A stretch of 64,000 bases of DNA from Phoronis australis (GCA_002633005.1 NMRA01000150.1:654453-718452); one strand, 5' to 3'. Counted from the stretch's first letter, positions 11,877 through 25,181 are shown. The notes: generated from the letters alone by a model not told the origin. Numbers and translations are program-made.

Positions 11877-14800
11877 CTGTAAACAGATAAATATTGATGT
11901 CACGCACCTTTTTATACGTACATTTTTTGTTTAGTAGTAACCAATACAGTTACTGTAGAATCTAAATAATTAAAAACTGTAGCACTCAGAGAAACGAAGA
12001 ATAAATAAATGAGCTGTTGAGGGCTCCTCAGAGATAAAGTATCACACACGACACACTATCAAAACATCAGAGATAAAGCGTCACACGCTATCAAAAAATT
12101 TATTAAGTCATTAAATTATGCAACAACAACTCTATGAACTATAATTGCCACTAGAGGGCAGGAGTAGCTGAAAGCCTCATTCCAGGCTAGGCTATTCACT
12201 AATCCATTGTGAGTAAACAATTACTTTCTGAGCCAGGACTACAAATACCTTTAGTTACACCATCCAACTGTTGTATGACTAAGAGCAGTGTTCATAAAGA
12301 ACTGCTTTCACTATGACTAAGAGCAGTGTTCATAAAGAATGCTTTCACTGACCTTACATGATGTGCAAGAACAACAGCCATGATTTACAACCATCTGCAA
12401 AATTCTAAGTCACTATATGGACTGGTTACCACCTCCAAACCCAAAATGCTGGGCGAGTGATTGAGTGGATACCGTTGGGCAATAGAGCAGTCAAAATTGG
12501 ACAAAACATTATGACAAAGCAACATACTTGGTGAAATTTTATTTCATTAAATATATAAATACTTCCGCTAAAATGTTATATATAATGTTCATATCACAAA
12601 CAAGTATGCAAAACTCAGAAATGCACCCACAACTCCACCACCATTAGTATGCCAAAAAGTGGAGAATCTGAAACCTATATATGACCTAGACAGTATAACA
12701 GACATTGTAACAGCCTGGACAATGTTAAACTTCATGTGAGGTAGTCGGTATTGACACAATGTAAACCTACATGTGAGGTAGTCATGCAGTATACACAGTG
12801 TAAACCTTGTAGTCAGTATACACAACGTAAACCTACATATGAGGTAGTCGGTATACACAATGTAAAACTTCATATGAGGTAGTCAGTATACACAATGTAA
12901 AACCTCATATGGGGTAGTCAGTATACACAACGTAAACCTACATATGAGCAGGAAGAGATAACCAGGAAGGGACAACTGTTTTAGCGCATTTTAACGGATA
13001 TTCAAAAGTGATTTCAAAAGTAAATGTTAAAGTCGTCTGGAATCCAAGCATTGTGTTTGAAAGCTTAACTCTTTAGCTATAAAAGGACACCACTTTGGTC
13101 CCCAAAGACTGCATATTAATGGCACTAAGATGCTTTGAACATGACTTGTTTTACCCTGAAAAAGATGCCTCTTCTCAGGCATGTACTCGGGCATGATCCT
13201 CTTTTTTGCACCAACAGATGTCACTTATATACTGTATGCAAATGAGGCTCGCATCTCCTACGTCATATGACGTCATACGATGTCATACGATGCGAACTTC
13301 CAATTTGAACCCTCCGGTGCCTATAGTGAATGACTTGAAACGCTGTTCTACCTGATTGGGCAGCTCTAAGAAAATTAAGAACTCACACAAGTCAATGTTC
13401 TTTGTATTTTCATGTGAACAAAGAACATTGAATGGTTTCATATGAAAATACATTTAATTGTATTTGGATACTCTTGCATATGTGTAAGCGTGGCATTTTG
13501 CTTAAATCCAGATTTAGAAGCAGGAGTCAAGAAATTAGCTGCTACCGCCACGGGTGGCAGCTGTCGTGGCGTCCGAGTCGCCGGGAAGTCCGATCCATGC
13601 ATGCGCAATTCGACGAACTAATGCTAGTCGCTGGTCAGCTCCGCTATGATTCATTTGAGACGTGCGGCTTAACTCGAACCTAGGCGTGTTCTGGCTCCAA
13701 GGTCGTTTTGTTTGACCCAGTTTCGAGAAAAAGTTTACTTTAATACGGTCATTTCCTGAAGATTTTTTGAAAGATATGATCCCGAAATCCTTGGCCTATA
13801 GAGCTGTATCAAAATTCATTGTTGAAACACAGCCACTGGTCCAGATTCTGCCGCCGGGTGGCTGGGGAAAATGCTATGTAACGAGTGTCCCAAAAATGCA
13901 CACACTTCAACTCCTGCAGTTCAAGTTCTTTTCCCGTCAATTACTGTGCGCGGATTCTACGCGGGCAGCCAACACCTTATTTTTAACGTGGGTGCGTCGC
14001 GACTGGCCTGACTGGGCTCCAAGCCACTGGCCAGGATAACGAGCGTTTTGCGTGTTTAGAACTCAAAAAATCACAATTCTAAACAACACAGACTAGGTTC
14101 TTCTGTCTGTATCTCACGGAAAAATACTTCGAACTTATCTTCGAAAAGACCCCAAACTCCTGCTACGGACCTTATTGGAATGCCGAGCCGTTGTAGGCTA
14201 CGGCCGTGTCCAAATACCAATAAATCCGTATAACAGCGAAATAAAACAACACGTTTTTATAAGAACTCGGTGTATTTTTAGAGTTTTACATCGAAGTTTG
14301 ATGATTTATTGGTGTAAAACGATGAATTCAAGCGATAAGCTGACACCAGTAACCCGTGTTGTGAACTGCTGAACAGACTGCGTGTGAAACCAATTACGTC
14401 TAATGGATAATTTCAAAACCTCAGTCTGCCGTCAGGTGTCAGGTAACGCAACCGTACGTGCCGTTATCAATCTAAATTGATACAAATTAGGTTGTTTTGG
14501 GGTGGCATGCTCCTTTAATACGCTCCGCAAAATTTTTGCTTTACAAATTTTCTCGAATTTTCGAAATACATTATATGAATGGTTAAGTGCACATTTTCAA
14601 GAGCGCTTAGACGACCTATGCCGCAAAAACGGAGACCCTAACAACAATTGTCCTGGTCAGGGCCCTCAAATGGTAAACCATACACTGATACCGAGTTTTC
14701 AAAGTTCTCTTGAATTTTCTCTCTGATCAGTATTCGAAGTCTTTCTTTTTTGTCTTTCCCCATCCCCACACCTTTGTCGGTTGCCATGGTTTAACCCTGA

Positions 14801-15874
14801 GGCATGCAATTTTTTTTTGGGGTGGCACTCGCCCTCCCCCCGCTTACTAAGGTCCTGATGCAAGGAGTCCATCGTCGGTCCAAGGTCAATGTTGTGTTTC
14901 AACACGCACTCGTTGTATAGCTTGAGCATTGAATTAAAGGTTTAAAAAATACAGGAGCAGTTTTGCCCATTTAATTGTGCGTGTAAAAGGGTTTATGGAT
15001 TCGTACTGAATTTGTTGCTGCAACTTGTCTCATGGGCCTGTACCCGGCACGTGACCACAAATGTGGACATTAATGCGGCTATTGCGCAAGTCGACTGTAG
15101 CAAGGTGGCCAGTGAAAATGTAAGGCAGCAGGCCAGTGGGCGTGTTTGCTTTCTAGTCTCTTATTATGAAAACCATTGAAGGCAATTATCAGCACCTGCA
15201 AACAAGAATTTTGAAGTATGGAGAATTTCAACAGGAATTTGCTGTAGACTTAGTCGCGAAGCTGCCGACATTCCAGCCACGGTTACTGCCGGTCCTTCGA
15301 AGCAATTATAGCACATATATACGATTTTTTAAGAATGGCAAGGGTGCATTTTGTGTTGACGGAAATGTCCATGGCGTCGAGGAATCTGAGGCATTTAATG
15401 ATGAACAACTGTTGTGGCTTAATTTGGAAAAACACCTAGCAAAACTAAATTCCAAGTAGGCATACTGAGGCGGAATTAAGAAATACGATTATGGCAGTGC
15501 TAACTGTAGCAGAGCCACAAAGTGTGCTAAAATGTTAGGAAATTAGGCATAACATTTCTGTAGCAGATAAAAGGTTGATTGGCGCAGGAAAAGGCCGAGG
15601 TCTTCAATGCTCAGAAAGATTTCGGCAGGCAAGAGACTTGCCAAGAAAATGGCACAGTTGAGTCCGGGCATTCTAAAGGAAAGAACTGCAGCCAATTCCA
15701 GTTACTCGGTGCAACTTCTCTCACCCGACGGCGTTGTTTCACGATACCGCAACCTCAAACAACGTCAAAGAAACGAAACGCGGAGGGTGAGATATTACAG
15801 AGTATTAATATTTATTCTTGGATACAGGTGTCCAACTCAAAATGAATAACCCACGGTCATTCTTTATGCCGATA

Positions 15875-16545
15875 GCAATGTTTTCGCCAACTGAAGAAGA
15901 ACAGGAATCATAGACATCCCGCGCGCTCCGTCTATGGTTCTGACACTTCAAACTTTCAACACGATAGGTAGCCGCAGAAAGTTCGATGTTGACCTCATTC
16001 TAATCTTCTCTGCAATCCACAGTCTGGGGACGAAAACAATTCAAACCTGCTCCTCGAAATAGGGCTTGCTTAGCTGGAATTCAGAACTGCGGTCATGAGA
16101 GTGTTTTCACTTCCTGATTGCGAAGTGATCGTGTTAACTGTGGTATCTTCATCAGCGCGTGCTCTCAGCGGGAGGTCACCGCTTTATGCACTCAAGCGCT
16201 CGACAACAACTAAACTGGCGAGAGTCTCAGAACTCCCACATGCTAATTTGATATGCAAATGAGGGAGTACTTGACTACTGCGCCATCTACACATTGACGG
16301 AAAAGCTTAAATATTCGTGACTGCAATGTTTTCGCCAACTGAAGAAGAACAGGAATCATAGACATCACGCGCGCTCCGACTATGGTTCTGACACTTCAAA
16401 CTTTCAACACGATAGGCAGCCGCAGAAAGTTCGATGTTGACCTCATTTTAATCTTCTCTGCAATCCACAGTCTGGGGACGAAAACAATTCAAACCCGCTC
16501 CTCGAAAATAAGGCTTGCTTAGCTGGAATTCAGAACTGCGGTTAT
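15875..16545. repeat. ~450-bp tandem duplication inside the 5.8-kb element (copy 2 resumes at 18328-18555)
   Basis: GCAATGTTTTCGCCAACTGAAG... recurs near 15875 and 16323; the tail GAGAGTGTTTTCAC... recurs after 18328. Confidence 0.9.
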
Positions 16546-18327
16546 AGACCCTATTCACGCCGACAGGAGGCGCGTTCCAAAACGAGGCTCGCTACGATAG
16601 CTCAGTTATCTTATCGGCATAGGAGTCTGTGTTTCAGTCCGTGTTGTTCCCCGAACAACTAGAAAAAATACAGACACGCTTCACAATCTCTAAAGACATT
16701 TAGATTCGGAAGCGTTGAGTCGTTGCTATACGCCGACGAAGCAAAATATGTCCGTGTAAACTAAATGTTTTCAAAATGTTAGATCATATTTTGTCGCGTC
16801 TCGGTCAGTTGTCAAGCATCATAGTAACGACCGGAGAATGGGCCAGCCAGGTTGTATTTTCATGACAACGGAATTAGGGGGGAGGGGCTAAAATTGTATC
16901 AGATCCCGTTTTTGAGTTCGGGTGCAAATTGCTGACTAGCACACGTGCGCAACCAGGGGGTCTTGGGGGGGCGAATAAACAACGCATAGGCGCTGAATGA
17001 ACCCCGTTTACCGTTTTTTTAGTCAACAGGTCGGCAAACCTAAGAATTCAAGACCCCTGCTTCCCCAGATTTTAGGCTGGGTGCGCGCATCTGCCGAAAT
17101 GCTGCTTATTCCTGTGCCTGCCCCCCCTAATTCAAAATCCTGGATCCGCCCCTGCTACGGGTTGAAACATTATAATATTTCTTTCCAAAAAAGACAGAGC
17201 CCTCAATCCCTCAAATTTAGGGCCCAATATCGGCCCTATTCCCCTCCAAAAAAATATTGAAATATCACGCGAAATTCCCCCCACGAGGCACAAAAATTCC
17301 CCCAGTGAAAATTCTCTCAGAGTTCACATAACCAGTAACCACACAGATGACAATTTTTAAGAGCACAAAAGGCTACTTTAAAATGAGACAGAGCCTATGA
17401 GCGCTTGCAACAGGGCGGGGGATGCTATTGATGGTGATCGGGAGGTAGACTGTTCCCGCCCTCACTCGGCAAAAAAATCACCTCTCAGTAGGCACTAGCA
17501 CCTTTCCCCTCGGATGAACGAGGTTTCTGCAGAAACATGATAACTATGATTTCATTGTCCAGTTAACTGAAATTGAGTTCTAAAACGAGGTTATGTTTTG
17601 GACGAACGAATTAGGTGTTTTAATTTTAAAATTCAACTTGGTCCAAATTTATACTTGAAATCTAACACATGAAATAGACGTAAGAATTATTACAACCAAG
17701 AAAGCAGAATTGATGGTCAAATAATTTTTATTTTCAATTACGAGTCTGGTTTATTATTTTAATAAAAATATATTTAATAACATCAATTATTCTTTCAGAT
17801 CAATGACAAATCAACTGTTAGTCCCAGGGAGTGCATAGGATCAGGTTATGCTTGATTTTAATATTCTTGATCAACAAATTAAACCAGATGTGACCAATTG
17901 CACATGACAGCCACCCGAGACTGTCGAATATGTCTTCAACTCGTCAACAATACGAGCAGATGACCTGGTCCGCGTTGAAAGTATTTTGATCAACAATTTA
18001 CAAGAAAAAAGTAACCCTGCGTTCAGCATAATACCTAATCCGTAACACTACGATCGCCGCAATTTGGTCATATTTACTTTTCACTGTTTCGAACCTAGTT
18101 TTCTGAGAAAAATTAAACCCTTTCGTCAGACAACTCTCTGACGCCTTAACTTGTTCTCTAATGTAATTTTCTACGTCTGTGTGGTTTAATTGTTGACACA
18201 TTATTAAAATTCAATATCCAGGTTGGACTCGAAAGACCGGCTATCTAACTCACGCAATGTCTACTTTCGCTTTGTTTATCGCAGTGAGCCTCGCTTTGGA
18301 TTTTAATGTCTGCCGCGTGAATAGTCT
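16546..18327. mobile_element. ISL2EU/Harbinger-like element nested in the 5.8-kb element
   Basis: Imperfect TIRs AGAC(C)CTATTCACGC...CGAGGCTC; AT TSD; interrupts copy 2 of a ~450-bp internal repeat whose intact copy 1 shows the empty site. Confidence 0.75.
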
Positions 18328-18792
18328 ATGAGAGTGTTTTCACCTCCTGATTGCGAAGTGATCGTGTTAGCTGTGGTATCTTCATCAGCGCGTGCTCTCA
18401 GCGGGAGGTCACCGCTTTATGCACTCAAGCGCTCGACAACAACTAAACTGGCGAGAGTCTCAGAACTCCCACATGCAAATTTGATATGCAAATGAGGGAG
18501 TACTTGACTACTGCGCCATCTACACATCGACGGAAAAGCTTAAATATCCGTGACTGCGTGTGGGAAATTGCGATTGCGTGCGCTGAAGTCGATATTTTCA
18601 AAGTACAAATTCGCCACTGTTTAAGGTTGAAAAGTGAGTTTTTTTCGATATTCTTCTATAGAAAAAACTTTAATCTCTCTGATAAAATCATCTGTTTCCT
18701 TTTAAACGAAACTTAAGTCCTGAAATTAGTCCGGGGAAGGAGGCCAAAAACGGCGGTTTAGCTAGTTGTCCCTTCCTGGTTATCTCTTCCTG

Positions 18793-19165
18793 ATATGAGG
18801 TAGTCAGTATACAAAAATGTAAACCTACATATGAGGTAGTCAGTATACACAATGTAAACCTACATATGAGGTAGTTGGTATACACAATATAAAACTTCAT
18901 ATGAGGTAGCCAGTATACACAATGTAAAACTTCATATGAGGTAGTCGGTATACACAATGTAAAACTTCATATGAGGTAGTCGGTATACACAATATAAAAC
19001 TTCATATGAGGTAGTCGGTATACAAAATGTAAACCTACACATAAGGTAGTCAGTGTACACAATGTAAACCTACATTTGAGGTAGTCAGTATACACAATGT
19101 AAACCTAAATATGAGGTAGCCAGTATACACAATGTACACCAGTAATCAGTATACACAAGACCTAC
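18793..19165. repeat. 35-bp minisatellite starting at the exon-14 donor; continues at 12720-12948 beyond the inserted transposon
   Basis: ATATGAGGTAGTCAGTATACACAATGTAAACCTAC units. Confidence 0.93.
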
Positions 19166-19270
19166 CCTAGCCTGCACTTCGTCAAAGACATCTTCTGAAG
19201 GTGCACCAGTCTTAATCCTTAGATATGTGGCTTTTATCAAGTGTTCATCCAACCTGATTCTGGGATTGGC
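19166..19270 (-). CDS. SNX13: SNX13 exon 14
   Basis: ANPRIRLDEHLIKATYLRIKTGAPSEDVFDEVQAR; AG/GT. Confidence 0.93.
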
Positions 19271-20084
19271 CTGTATGTAGCAAAGTGAAAAGTATACACA
19301 GAGAGAGTTAGATAGTGAAAACTTGTGTAAATTACTCACTATTTATCGATCAAAATGTTCTAAAGGGTAACCATAACAGTGCCTGACAATGCTCTCCACA
19401 AATGCTACGAAGACATAACCACATAGATAAACATATACCGCCCATTCTCCACTATTGGAGGCCATTTTGACTGAAATTGAAAAAAAATAAAATTGTATAT
19501 TAATCAAACAAGTTTATTTTTACAAAGACTAATGACTGGTCTTGTATTTTCCAAAAGTGTACAAAGTCATCTTTTATTGACCTGCAATCAAATTACAACT
19601 TGGCAAAAATGAATGGTTGCAAATCTTTGATAAATACAATGAAAAAGAACTTATTAATAAATTATAACGTATTTGTACATTAAAAGTGATCAAATCCCAT
19701 TACAACTATGGTAAAAATGAGATGAGGCGTGTGGGAAGGACGAAATATCGAAATAAAAGAAATAGATGGTAATGTAACATTCAGGTGTTTAGTCATAATC
19801 CTTACTCTTGAAGTGAACACACAATCACACCTCAGTTGTCATAAGAGCTTTCATGTATGTATTAGCGTCTTCAGACAGCACATGCATCTCAATATTCACA
19901 TAAACATATTTGATGGTAATGCATCTGATGGTCACAATCCTACATATTTTTGAAAATTTTTAGTCAAAACTCCTGAGGAATATATTTGTTAGTGAAACAT
20001 CGTAATCAAAATCCTGAACTGATACATAATTGTGCAATTTTTCATTACGCTCCTTTGAGCAGTGAGCCACATGGAGAGGCGGGA

Positions 20085-20320
20085 AAGTGATTAAAAACAT
20101 AGAGGCATAAAATAAGTCAAATCTATCCAAGAAAAGCAATGCAGGAATGTCGACATGTGCCCACAATGCACTGCAAACAACATGTTTCTAAGGACCACTA
20201 GGAGGTGCTGCAGTTTGTCAAATCAGCCCCAAAATCAACTGGTGCCTGTGAATTGTCATCACAAAAATCCGTGTGAAGTTTCATTGAAATCCTTTAATCG
20301 GTTATCCTGAAGTAAACACT
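20085..20320 (-). mobile_element. HINE-like family 3' fragment
   Basis: CAAGAAAAGCAATGC...ATGTGCCCACA and CCACTAGGAGGTGC motifs. Confidence 0.45.
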
Positions 20321-21035
20321 GTAATAAATACTGGTGGCCACATTAAAGTGAAACACAACACTTGTAATTTCATGTCTAAATGCAGTGGAGGAGACAAACA
20401 AACCGCGAGTCAATCAAATAATAGCAAACTAGAACTAAGAATATAACAAGAAAAGCAAACTAATAAGGCAACACAATGATGTATGACTGAGCATGCTAGA
20501 GGGAATATAGAACTCGGCAGACAGCTGCAAAAAACGTAAAGCTTCAGCTAAAACAAGATTCATATACTTACAGATGAACTATCAGAACCCTACAATCAGG
20601 TGATAGACAGAGTTGAACAGGATTCATATATTAAGTAATAACTCGTCCTCAACAGACCATATGTTTTTAGTTCTTAAATGAGACTAATTAGTATACCATC
20701 TAGTTAAAACGATTATTTAAAGAGATATTAGAGTTATCTTGAAGTCAGCGACTGGAGCCTGCTGACTTGAATGTAAACTGAAAGATTTCCATTCATTATG
20801 ACTGTAGACACACTCCAGAATCAGATTGCCACCTCGTATCTCTTGTCTGCTCACCAAGTGGCTTTCAGTTGAAACTTCAGTCATTCCACATCTTTGTTAG
20901 CGGTCATAAACTACTTAGACGATATCAAACTGATATAATTAAATACTAATTCACAGCAGATTCCAAAACATACACTTCGGCTTGTTACATTTGGGACAGT
21001 CACTGTATATCTGTCATGCCATGGAAGAGTTAAAC

Positions 21036-21455
21036 AGGAGACTGTGTCTCGGACGAGTCAAACGGGAGACTGTGTCTCGGACGAGTCACACGGGAGACTG
21101 TGTCTCGGACGAGTCACACGGGAGACTGTGTCTCGGACGAGTTACACGGGAGACTGTGTCTCGGACGAGTTACACGGGAGACTGTGTCTCGGATGAGTTA
21201 CACGGGAGACTGTGTCTTGGATGAGATACACGGGAGACTGTGTCTCGGACGAGTTACACGGGAGACTGTGTCTCGGACGAGTCACTCGGGACACTGCGTC
21301 TCGGACGAGTCACACGGGAGACTGCCTGCGTCTCGGACGAGTCACACGGGAGACTGTGTCTCGGACGAGTCACACGGGAGACTGCGTCTCGGACGAGTTA
21401 CACGGGAGACTGTGTCTCGGATGAGTTACACGGGAGACTGCATCTTGGATGAGCA
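21036..21455. repeat. 28-bp CpG-rich minisatellite with internal palindrome
   Basis: GGGAGACTGTGTCTCGGACGAGTCACAC, about 15 copies. Confidence 0.95.
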
Positions 21456-22789
21456 CGTAAACTGGCAGTCCTCACTTGCAGTATTTTTCAGTTCATTGAA
21501 GTTTGCAAAAGTATTTACTCAAAGCCAGTCGTGTGTCAATTTCACAAGAAATTAATAGTTGTGTTACGCCATGTATATATATATATATATATGCCAATGT
21601 GACCTCAGATTGTGTTTAGTCGCCACGAGGTCTCCACTTTGAGTATCAAAGTCAGACAATATTTCACTCTAAATTCATTTCAAGGTTAGTGTTGACTTCC
21701 AAACTGGAAATTGCTAATAAAGTTCTTAGACGAATTACATTTGATTTACAATTGTTCAGTTTATTTTGTGAATTGAATGCACTTGGTAACACATTTAAAT
21801 TACAACAGCAAAAATCGTAAAAGATCGGCAAAATTCACATCACTAGGCCACGCGGTCATCTGCATCCTATGGTCATTGGCGGCAGGAATAGCTGCGTTAC
21901 AGACTGAATGTACATACGTCTATGGGGGGAATTAGGGAGGCGCAAGGAAAATGGGTCCTGTGACAGCCGTACAATTTTTTTTCGGTCATAGAAAATTTAC
22001 ACCAAATGATAACCTAATTCGTTGGTGGTAGTGATTTTGTTTCCAATTTTGGCGACCTCAGATTTTGTTTGGCGACCTGCACGACATCAAATAAATCTAA
22101 AATTTCAGAGAAGAGGTATGAAATATTGACCCAAAACTTCTAACAAAGAGAAATACTGGCACAAAACTTGTTTATAAGCAATGTTGAGAATTATCTAAGT
22201 TACAAAAACATTTCAATATTATCATCAACACATATTCAACTTTTTATTATTAAATAACAAATTGTATCATGTTAACCTATAAGAACAGTGTGTTGTACTT
22301 AAATAGATTGTCTTATAATTTTGTGAAATCCTGTGCAGCATATCAAGACAACAGCTACAAAGTACAATGTACGTCTTGTGCGAGGCATGACTGATCAAGA
22401 GTTAAGTTTCGATAGTAATGTAGTCTAACAAAGACAACGGGTTATGAGAGTACTGTTCTCAACAAGACAGAAATGATTAATAAGTATTGTGTAAATGATG
22501 AGCCACGATGATATCTTGTTGAGATGGATGAAACATGAACAGCTCCATGACCTGAATATTCTTGATGCCCAGTGATGTTGTCAACAACACAACTAAACCA
22601 TCAACATTAAATGAGAGTACATCTCACTGTTTAGAATTCCATGCAGAACTCAAACAAGGGTCTAGAGAGTAACTGCACACTCGGATATGCTACTGAGATG
22701 GCATACGAGAACATTAAAAAAGTTTTGAGCATTGAACAAGACTCCTCATCAGTTGCATCATAATCGCCATGGTGACTAGGGCCACCTAC

Positions 22790-22930
22790 CTTTTCAGAGA
22801 GGTACTGGTCGAATATGTTCATGGCAGCCGCACGCAGTGGTTCAAGATCAAGCTCATCTGCTGTCTGCTCTTCACGTAACTTCTGCAGCTCTAAAGCTTG
22901 TAACTGCTGCTCAGCAGTCACTCTGTAGCC
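22790..22930 (-). CDS. SNX13: SNX13 exon 13
   Basis: GYRVTAEQQL...LRAAAMNIFDQYLSEK; AG/GT. Confidence 0.95.
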
Positions 22931-22946
22931 CTACAAGGAACACATT

Positions 22947-23133
22947 CAAACAGTGAATGAAGGGAGACAACTCTCAGTTAAACAGTGGGTGAAGGGAGAC
23001 AACTCTCAGTCACACAGTGGGTGAAGAGAAACAACTCTCAGTCAAACAGTGGATGAGCAGAGACAACTCTCAGTCAAACAGTGGGTGAAGGTAGACAACT
23101 TTCAGAGAAACAGTAAGCAAAAGAAGACAACTC
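22947..23133. repeat. 32-bp minisatellite next to the exon-13 acceptor
   Basis: AAACAGTGGGTGAAGGGAGACAACTCTCAGTC units. Confidence 0.9.
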
Positions 23134-23419
23134 TTCATGGTAATGACATCTGCGATGTCATCTTGAAGACCTAGACCAACTTATCGAGATTCAGTGGTCA
23201 CAAAATTTATTCATTAATTTAAAAATGCAACACTAACAAAATGACAGTTTGGGCACCAGATCACAACAGCTCTTCTATTACATTCCACTTGCATCCCACA
23301 AACCTACATACTGAGGTTGAAAAATCATATGGTCATAGATTGGTAAAACTGTAACAATAGCATGACTTTAAAGATGACTAAACAGTGTCTAATGTGTTCA
23401 CCTGCCACTAATCACTTAC

Positions 23420-23475
23420 CTCACATGTGAGATAAAATGACAGGTATGCCACACCACCAGTACCAGATAGGAATT
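23420..23475 (-). CDS. SNX13: SNX13 exon 12
   Basis: FLSGTGGVAYLSFYLTCE; AG/GT. Confidence 0.92.
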
Positions 23476-23604
23476 CTAAAATGAAACAGAAAGCTTATAA
23501 GTTATTAAAACATAAAGTTAACTGGATGTTAATCTCCAAAAGGAACAATGCAACCTGGGAGCATTTAATACTTGTTTACTAGCTATTAAGCTATACAAAT
23601 TTCA

Positions 23605-23865
23605 ACAACTGGCAGCTGGTCATAATTCTACCCAAACCAGTCAAAGTAGGAGAGACAAGGACTGACAGTAGGTTATAATTCTACCCAAACCAGTCAAAGC
23701 AGGTGAGACAGGAACTAGCAGTAGGTCATAATTCTACCCAAACAGTCAAAGCAGGTGCGACAGGAACTGGCAGGTCATAATTCTACCTAAACCAGTCAAA
23801 ACAGGTGAGACAGGAACTGGCAGCTGGTCACAATTCTACCCAAACCAAAGCAGGTGAGACAGGAT
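23605..23865. repeat. ~53-bp minisatellite
   Basis: GGTCATAATTCTACCCAAACCAGTCAAAGCAGGTGAGACAGGAACTGGCAG units. Confidence 0.9.
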
Positions 23866-23899
23866 GTAATAATTAAGTAAACAAAATGAATATGATAAT

Positions 23900-24278
23900 G
23901 CCCTACAAATGATCAAAGTAATCTAAAGCTATGCTGTTATTTATGACTGACGATGATTAAAGTAAAGCAAAGCTATGCTATTATTTATGACTGACCATGA
24001 TTAAAGTGATCCAAAGCAATGTTGTTATTCATGACTTACCAATGAAGTAGGCCAAAGCAATGTTGTTATTCATGACTTACCAATGAAGTAGGCCAAAGCA
24101 ATGTTGTTATTCATGACTTACCAATGAAGTAGGCCAAAGCAATGTTGTTATTCATGACTTACCAATGAAGTAGGCCAAAGCTATGTTGTTATTCATGACT
24201 TACCAATGAAGTAGGCCAAAGCAATGTTGTTATTCATGACTTACCAATGAAGTAGGCCAAAGCAATGTTGTTGTTCAT
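23900..24278. repeat. 41-bp array made of 34 nt of exon 11 plus the donor GTAAGTC
   Basis: Five near-perfect extra copies (24039-24243) and older degenerate copies distally. Confidence 0.95.
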
Positions 24279-24326
24279 AATAACATCAAATGGTAGACTG
24301 TACAACTTCTGGCCAGGAGATATGAA
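24245..24326 (-). CDS. SNX13: SNX13 exon 11 (RGS domain start)
   Basis: FISPGQKLYSLPFDVIMNNNIALAYFI; AG/GT. Confidence 0.92.
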
Positions 24327-24685
24327 CTGTAACTATAGAACAAAAGATGGATTAATGTCGAATGAGTGGTTACCATCCACAGAGTGCAGTAAGGCAGGGC
24401 AGCAATGAATGACAAGGAATCAAGTCACAACATGCATAGAAACACATTTTAAATTTTATAGCAGACTTTGGGGTTTCATTCCAATACAGACACGACCAAA
24501 AAACTCCAGGGCAGTCCCCTGTCAGGACATTCTAGATCCGTCAGTGAATTTCTACATTCAATACCAGAAATTGTGGAGTGTAAGGTAAGTAACGTTGCAA
24601 CTTGTGGGATTCTTGATGGAAAATTGACATTAATTGACAGTTGCCTAGTCTGCACATATGCTAAATGACAGGTAAGCAGACGTAC

Positions 24686-24795
24686 CCCTAAACTATCCGA
24701 CTCCTCGTCAAGTCCATGTTGTAGTCTCTGTATGCGGTCATCACACAGAGCTCGTACAAATAACAAACTACTCAGCTGCATTTTGATAACAGCGT
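24686..24795 (-). CDS. SNX13: SNX13 exon 10
   Basis: AVIKMQLSSLLFVRALCDDRIQRLQHG; AG/GT. Confidence 0.95.
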
Positions 24796-24841
24796 CTGGA
24801 ATAAAAATTGTCTCAGTTCAGTGACTGTCACAAGCATTACG

Positions 24842-25181
24842 TGATCACAAACAGATTAATGGTAGTCTCCCTCGGTTAAGCAGTTGATCGTATACATGAT
24901 CACAAACAGACTGATGGTAATCTCCCTCGGTTAAGCAGTTGATCGTATACATGATCACAAACAGATTAATGGTAGTCTCCCTCGGTTAAGCAGTTGATCG
25001 TATACATGATCACAAACAGACTGATGGTAATCTCCCTCGGTTAAGCAGTTGATCGTATACATGATCACAAACAGACTGGTGGTAGTCTCCCTCGGTTAAG
25101 CAGTTGATTGTATACATGATCACAAACAGATTGATGGTAGTCTCCCTCGGTTAAGCAGTTGATCGTATACATGATCACAAA
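24842..25181. repeat. 55-bp x6 minisatellite near the exon-10 acceptor
   Basis: TGATCACAAACAGACTGATGGTAATCTCCCTCGGTTAAGCAGTTGATCGTATACA. Confidence 0.95.

Larger units (their letters stand above)
12949..18792. mobile_element. 5.8-kb TIR element with 7-bp TSD (P- or hAT-like, no intact transposase)
   Basis: Perfect 29-bp TIR CAGGAAGAGATAACCAGGAAGGGACAACT; TSD ATATGAG (12942-12948, 18793-18799); splits a 35-bp minisatellite. Confidence 0.9.

Noticed and set aside
15166-15849. Plus-strand ORFs as the transposase of the 5.8-kb element
   Set aside because: They are short, with no DDE, THAP or BED motifs that I can recognise.
21036-21455. CRISPR-like array (28-bp palindromic repeats); also considered for the 30-37 bp arrays elsewhere
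   Set aside because: Units are contiguous with no unique spacers, there are no cas genes, and the context is a eukaryotic intron.
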